From assembly GCA_038245295.1 (NCBI GenBank), contig JBBRSP010000047.1, forward strand, positions 1-32,039: a stretch of 32,039 nt of DNA, in the 5' to 3' direction. Both the position numbers and the translations under genes were made by a program. Origin of the DNA: Candidatus Binatia bacterium. Its GTDB lineage: Bacteria > Desulfobacterota > Binatia > HRBIN30. This document shows, in pieces, positions 27,370 through 32,039 of the stretch. The notes below the pieces were generated by a model. It was not told the origin of the DNA, did not search any database, and saw nothing but the letters and a program-made list of their open reading frames with translations. Numbering within the stretch: position 1 is the stretch's first letter; every line of letters starts with the position of its first letter.

Positions 27370-29186
27370 GCGGTAACGCCGAGACCTCGATGCTCGCCGC
27401 GCTGCGGCAATGCGTCGAGCTTCTTCCTGCACCCAATCGGCGCCTGTGGCTGCTTTGTATTCCCCTTGCCGCGGTTGCCGCCGGATTGGAAGCGGCTGCC
27501 GCCGGCGGCGTGTTTGGCTTGGTGAGCGTGTTGACGGGTGGTGACGCCCGACATGTCCCGGTGCTCGGCAAAGCGTGGGCGCTAGTCTCCGCCAATGGCA
27601 CCCCGAGCGTCGCTGCCATGGCGGTCTTCCTCGCCGCTCTCTACGTCGTCAAGAATCTGGTGCTGGTCCTGCAAGTGTGGTTGCTGAGTCGCGCGACCAA
27701 TGATGCGTCGGTAGCGCTCTCGCGGCGCTTGCTGCGCGGCTTCTTGCACATGCCTCTATCGGCCCACCTGGAGCGGACGTCCGCCGACATCATCCATCAA
27801 GCCACCGAAGCGGTTGACATCGCTGTTCGCCAGTTTCTGTCGCCGCTCACCATGGCCGCGTCTGAGGTCCTCGTGCTGGCGGTGATCGCGCTCGTGCTTG
27901 TTCTTGCGTCGCCCGGCGCGGCACTCGCCGTCGTCATCGCTTTTGCGTTGATCCTTTTCCTGGTGATGCGTCTGGTGCGCCACTGGCTGCTCATCTGGGG
28001 CTCGCACGAACAGCACCGCCGCGCCGAGATGTTGTACATCTTGCAGCAAGCCTTCGAGGGTTTGCGCGAAGTGAAGCTGCGCGGTGGCGAACGCTTCTTC
28101 GAGGAGCGCTTCGCATCGCGTCATCGTATCCTGGTGCGCGCTCGGCACCGTTCCGGGACGCTCAACCAGGCATCGCGCCTGATCGTCGAGACGGCGTTCG
28201 TCGTCGGCACTCTGATTACGGTGATCGTCATCGACCACGTCTACGGCGCCACCAGTGTGGTTCTCCCGCTACTCGGCGTGTACGCCTACGCCGGCTTCCG
28301 AGTCATCCCGTCGATGAACCGCATTTTCCAGTACACGGGCATTGCCCGCTACGGCCAGCCTTCGGTTGCGCGCATGGCGGCGGATCTGCGCTCCGTCGAG
28401 GCCATCCAGGAGGGCGTCGCAAGCTCCGGAGCGAGCGCGGTGATTGAGCTCACACGAGCAATTTCGTTCGAGGACGTCAGCCATGTCTACCCGCAAGCGT
28501 CTCTGGCGGCGCTGAGTGGCATCAACCTTACCATTGAGCGCGGCCAGTCGATCGCCATCGTTGGACCGACGGGCTCCGGCAAGAGCACGCTGATCAACAT
28601 CCTCCTTGGTTTTGTCGAGCCGACGAGTGGTCGAGTGTCCGTGGACGGCGTGGATATCCGTCGCGGCTTGCGCTCGTGGCGCGGCAAGCTGGGTTACGTG
28701 CCGCAGTTGGTTTTTCTGCTCGACGACAGCTTGCGACGCAACATCGCGTTTGCCCAGGCGGATCAGGACATCGACGAAGAACGCGTGCGCCGCGCCGTTC
28801 ACGCGGCGCAGTTGGATGAAGTGATCGCCGCGCTTCCGAAGGGTCTAGATTCGGTGGTCGGCGAACGCGGTGCGCGCCTGTCGGGCGGCGAGCGCCAGCG
28901 GGTTGCCATCGCGCGGGCTCTTTATCCGGATCCGGAAGTGGTTGTCTTCGACGAGGCGACGTCGGCGTTGGACAGCGAGACCGAACGCGAACTGACGCGA
29001 GCCATCGACACCCTGCGCGGTTACAAGACGATCGTCATCATCACGCACCGAATGAACACCGCAAAACGGTGCAACCGCATCGTGGTGCTCGACCGCGGCC
29101 GCATCCACGGCGTTGGTACTTATGAAGAACTGCTCGCCGGCAACGCAGTGTTTCAGCGTCTCGCGGAAAGGAAGAGTGAAGAGTGA
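27366..29186 (+). CDS. Fused TMD-NBD ABC exporter, PglK/WlaB-like (glycan-locus type)
   Basis: About six TM helices, FRVIPSMNRI, Walker A GPTGSGKST, YVPQ, LSGGERQR, VVFDEATSALD and ITH. ATGA overlap with the ALG1-like gene. The ABC call is secure; the PglK subfamily call is inference. Confidence 0.85.
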   Translation: MSGNAETSMLAALRQCVELLPAPNRRLWLLCIPLAAVAAGLEAAAAGGVFGLVSVLTGGDARHVPVLGKAWALVSANGTPSVAAMAVFLAALYVVKNLVLVLQVWLLSRATNDASVALSRRLLRGFLHMPLSAHLERTSADIIHQATEAVDIAVRQFLSPLTMAASEVLVLAVIALVLVLASPGAALAVVIAFALILFLVMRLVRHWLLIWGSHEQHRRAEMLYILQQAFEGLREVKLRGGERFFEERFASRHRILVRARHRSGTLNQASRLIVETAFVVGTLITVIVIDHVYGATSVVLPLLGVYAYAGFRVIPSMNRIFQYTGIARYGQPSVARMAADLRSVEAIQEGVASSGASAVIELTRAISFEDVSHVYPQASLAALSGINLTIERGQSIAIVGPTGSGKSTLINILLGFVEPTSGRVSVDGVDIRRGLRSWRGKLGYVPQLVFLLDDSLRRNIAFAQADQDIDEERVRRAVHAAQLDEVIAALPKGLDSVVGERGARLSGGERQRVAIARALYPDPEVVVFDEATSALDSETERELTRAIDTLRGYKTIVIITHRMNTAKRCNRIVVLDRGRIHGVGTYEELLAGNAVFQRLAERKSEE

Positions 29187-29337
29187 CGGGACCCGAGGTC
29201 CTACCGGTTGGATCGTTGGACATGCAGCGCCACCGCGCTACGGCCGTTCGCGCATTCAGGGGGAATTCCAGAAACACGTGAACGATGCTGAGGAGATCGT
29301 TCTCACCGACCCGGCTCCTCTCTCCGTCTCATTCGAT

Positions 29338-29622
29338 TTACGACCTCGGACGTAGCCGCGCCGCCGCGTCGATGTAGATGGACGAGCGCGGGCCGATGGC
29401 GGAGATCTCAATGGCCGCACCGCGTTCGCGATAGACAATACGAATCCGCCCGACGCGGAGAGACTTCCAGCCGGCCAGCTCTTGCTTGAGATCCTTGCCG
29501 ATACTTGGATTGGCGCGCAGCTCGTCGAGCCCGCGCCGGATTCGCCGCTTCATGTCGGGATGCAGCGACCGAATCGCCGCCGCCACCGATGGCGGTAGGC
29601 GTAGAGGTTTGACGGCTGCCAC
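29338..29622 (-). CDS. Type II toxin, RelE/ParE family
   Basis: L..NP..GK.L..EL.G..SLRVG..RIVY.....I.I.AIG.R..IY. Lies 2 bp downstream of the antitoxin. Confidence 0.9.
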   Translation of the reverse strand: MAAVKPLRLPPSVAAAIRSLHPDMKRRIRRGLDELRANPSIGKDLKQELAGWKSLRVGRIRIVYRERGAAIEISAIGPRSSIYIDAAARLRPRS

Positions 29623-29624
29623 GG

Positions 29625-29921
29625 CTAGCGCGGCGATCGCTTGCGTGGCTTCTGTGCGACGAGCCTATCCAGGGCGGCCGTATCGTAGAGGGTGCCATGG
29701 CCCCGTTGTAGGGCGCGTTTGCCGCGCCGGATCTCACGCATGAGATCGTCGTCGGCGAGGATCTCCGTAGTTTCCTTCCAGCTCTCGAATTCCTCGTGGC
29801 TCACCAGCACCGCGGCAGCTCGGCCATTCCGCGTAATCGTGATCTCTTCGGATCGCGCTGCCACGTCGGCAACCAGCTCACTCAGGGTCGCTTTTGCCTC
29901 GGAGAGGGGAAGGATACGCAT
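29625..29921 (-). CDS. Type II antitoxin, Phd/YefM family
   Basis: LSEAKATLSELV..V....EEITITRNGRAAAVLVS.EEFESWKET.EIL. Confidence 0.93.
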   Translation of the reverse strand: MRILPLSEAKATLSELVADVAARSEEITITRNGRAAAVLVSHEEFESWKETTEILADDDLMREIRRGKRALQRGHGTLYDTAALDRLVAQKPRKRSPR

Positions 29922-29927
29922 GCCAGG

Positions 29928-29955
29928 GTCATAGTCCGAATTCAGACTAGATCAA
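29928..29955 (-). promoter_or_regulatory. Putative TA promoter (TTGATC-N16-TATGAC) with an overlapping 18-bp operator palindrome
   Basis: TAGTCCGAATTCAGACTA (29932-29949) is palindromic with one mismatched pair. The -10 lies 6 nt before the ATG and there is no RBS. Confidence 0.6.
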
Positions 29956-30121
29956 CCAGGGGGCGCACGCTTCGACTGCCCTCAATGAAGGCGTGCAAGG
30001 ATGTTGGTGGGGGGCCGAGTATTGCGTTCAACTGCAACTGTTCACCTTATGATTCCAGGCGATATGGTCGGAGTGGACCGAGTCGATCGTGTAGGAGTAA
30101 GGAGGGATAGGCGTATATGCG

Positions 30122-30472
30122 ATGAAACCAAAGAGCTCTGTGGAGCAGCCCGCATGGGATATCGTGCAACGCATCAGGCGGCTGCGTGAGGCTCGTTACC
30201 ACGTTGGCCTGGCGGCGCGGCGGTTCGGTCCTCGGAGCGCCTTCCGCCAGGTGACGGAGCGCAATCCGGAATTACGCGAGTTGCCGTCTGATCCTACGAA
30301 GCTGGACGCGGAAGAGCAGATTACCAAAGATCTGCTGCTTCAGATCTTTCGCAGCGGTCAGCTAGAGACCTACCCCGATAGTTTCTGGCGCCACCTCAGG
30401 TCGGCCGCCAACGAGCTGCGCGACGATGCACTCAAGCAATCGTTGTCGCGGCGCCGGCGCCGGGGAGATTGA
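30122..30472 (+). CDS. Hypothetical protein
   Basis: Helical-looking 116-aa ORF with purine-rich upstream sequence. No motif recognised. Confidence 0.5.
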   Translation: MKPKSSVEQPAWDIVQRIRRLREARYHVGLAARRFGPRSAFRQVTERNPELRELPSDPTKLDAEEQITKDLLLQIFRSGQLETYPDSFWRHLRSAANELRDDALKQSLSRRRRRGD

Positions 30473-30561
30473 CGACTCGCAAATGATAGTCAAAGGCGGA
30501 TCGGCGCATTCACCCGACCCCCGACGCGTCACGCCTGCCTTCCGTGCTAGCTGAGGTTTAG

Positions 30562-31182
30562 ATGGCAACACCACCGGACAAGATCTCCGCGCCAACCCTG
30601 AGCCACTACAACCGTTCCGCCCAGGGTTTCTGGGAGGGTACGCGCGATCACGACGTGCGACAGAACATCGAGGCGCTACTCACACGCATCGAGGTTCCGC
30701 CGCCGTTCGACATCCTCGACTTGGGCTGCGGCCCGGGACGCGATCTCAAGACATTCTCTGACCTGGGGCATCGCGCTGTAGGTGTCGACGGTGCGGAGCG
30801 TTTTGTGGAAATGGCGCGCGCGTACAGTGGCTGTGAGGTGTGGCACCAGGACTTCCTACAGCTCGACCTGCCGCCGCAGCGCTTCGACGGCATCTTCGCC
30901 AATGCTTCGTTGTTTCACGTGCCGACCGCCGATCTGCCGCGTGTGCTTGCGCAACTGCAGGCGACGCTGCGGCCTGGTGGTGTCCTCTTCAGCTCGAACC
31001 CGCGCGGCAACAACGAAGAGGGGTGGAACAACGGGCGCTACGGCGCCTACCACGATCTCGAAACCTGGCGCCGCTTCGTTACCGCCGCCGGCTTCGTCGA
31101 GCTCACCCACTACTACCGCCCACCGGGATTGCCGCGCGACCAGCAGCCGTGGCTGGCGAGCGTGTGGCGCCCGCTGAGCTGA
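30562..31182 (+). CDS. Class I SAM-dependent methyltransferase
   Basis: ILDLGCGPGRD, VGVDG, FDGIFANASLFHVP and LRPGGVLFSS. Confidence 0.92.
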   Translation: MATPPDKISAPTLSHYNRSAQGFWEGTRDHDVRQNIEALLTRIEVPPPFDILDLGCGPGRDLKTFSDLGHRAVGVDGAERFVEMARAYSGCEVWHQDFLQLDLPPQRFDGIFANASLFHVPTADLPRVLAQLQATLRPGGVLFSSNPRGNNEEGWNNGRYGAYHDLETWRRFVTAAGFVELTHYYRPPGLPRDQQPWLASVWRPLS

Positions 31183-31197
31183 GATGGTTCAGAAGGG

Positions 31198-31252
31198 GAT
31201 GGTGTCAGGGGGTTGGCTGTTAGGGGTCGTAACACCCAACACCATAACATCC
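31198..31252. repeat. Imperfect hairpin of short repeats between convergent genes (possible bidirectional terminator)
   Basis: GGTGTCAG/GGGGTTGG/CTGTTA face TAACACC/CAACACCA/TAACATCC. Confidence 0.45.
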
Positions 31253-31268
31253 TGCATCATCGGGATCG

Positions 31269-31712
31269 TCATCGGACGCCGTTGCGTACGATGAACACCG
31301 GGCAGGGCGCGTGCCGAAGCAGCTTTTCCGCTACGCTCGCCGTCAGGAGCGCCCCGACACCGGTACGCTCGCGTGTTGAGGTGACGATGAGGTCGACGTT
31401 GCGTCGCTTGGCAACCTCGATCAGGTGCTCGAGCGGATCACCGATCTCGACCTCCAGCTCACAACGGGCGTAGCCTTCCAACACCGCGTCACGTAGCGTC
31501 TCGAGCTCGTTTTGCGCCTTCTCCTTGATCTGGTCGAAACCCAGGAGGTGGCCATCTTCGTCCTTGAGCTGCTCTGTCTGGATGTGAATCGAATGGGCCA
31601 GTACGATCGTCGCATCGCACGTCTTGGCGAACCATAAGGCATACTCGGCGGCGGTCTGTGACCCTTCGGAGAAGTCGGTGGGACAAAGGATCGTTTTGAA
31701 CTCTCGTGGCAT
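31269..31712 (-). CDS. Universal stress protein (UspA family)
   Basis: FKTILCPTDFSEGS, GDP...L...A.....DLIV and SVAEKLLRHAPCPVFIV. AAGGAG RBS. Confidence 0.93.
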   Translation of the reverse strand: MPREFKTILCPTDFSEGSQTAAEYALWFAKTCDATIVLAHSIHIQTEQLKDEDGHLLGFDQIKEKAQNELETLRDAVLEGYARCELEVEIGDPLEHLIEVAKRRNVDLIVTSTRERTGVGALLTASVAEKLLRHAPCPVFIVRNGVR

Positions 31713-31910
31713 GAACGGTCTCCTTTCCTTCGCGGCTATCGAAGCACCTCGCTAGACGTCCTCGTCGCGCGGGCTCTCATCCAGCTGGGCCCCGCGACAT
31801 CCGCAACGGCAATGCACCCCCTCAGACACTGCTTTACGGTAGACGTCAACAGTCTGAAGGGCGTGTCGCCTTTGCACCCAAAGTCCGCCGGTGCCGGTCC
31901 GCAGGCTGAA

Positions 31911-32039
31911 GAGGCTGTCTCAAAACATAGGCTCACCCTTCGACGGGCTCAGGGCGAGCGGACAAAATGTCTTTGAAAATCAACCAAGCACCCGCTCAGG
32001 CTGAGCCTGTCGAAGCCGGCTCCGCAAGGTTTTGAGACA
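31911..32039. mobile_element. Second, inverted MITE copy cut by the window end and preceded by REP half CGCAGGC-TGAA
   Basis: The reverse complement aligns to 22611-22754. The window ends inside the TIR (TTGAGACA). Confidence 0.85.

Noticed and set aside
29187..29337. Small ORFs or a pseudogene after the ABC gene
   Set aside because: No convincing start signals or recognisable homology.

Overview
GC-rich bacterial chromosomal segment. Gene order and protein style suggest a Deltaproteobacteria-type lineage, possibly Ca. Binatia or a Myxococcota relative (inference). The housekeeping backbone is rho, rpsB-tsf-pyrH-frr-uppS-cdsA-rseP (no dxr), then tsaB-ydcH-ilvN-ilvC-psd-pssA (no ilvB). Accessory genes include a coupled five-gene operon ending in a DprE1/DprE2-like pair, a ~5.7 kb block between rseP and tsaB (GNAT, GT-C glycosyltransferase, secreted Cys-rich/PT-linker protein), a Phd/RelE toxin-antitoxin pair, two methyltransferases, an SDR and a universal stress protein. 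The main candidate system lies at 24.8-29.2 kb. A protein with the signature motifs of eukaryotic ALG1 beta-1,4-mannosyltransferase overlaps a PglK-like ABC exporter and is divergent from a non-canonical MurG paralog (MurG is the Alg13/Alg14 homolog). Together they could build and flip a eukaryote-like Man-GlcNAc2 lipid-linked glycan (hypothesis). Intergenic DNA holds GTAG-type REPs, a ~150 bp MITE that abuts REP loops, nested palindromes, and 6/7/8-bp short tandem repeat tracts. I saw no rRNA, tRNA, CRISPR array or transposase. All calls come from motif recognition by eye; no searches were run.
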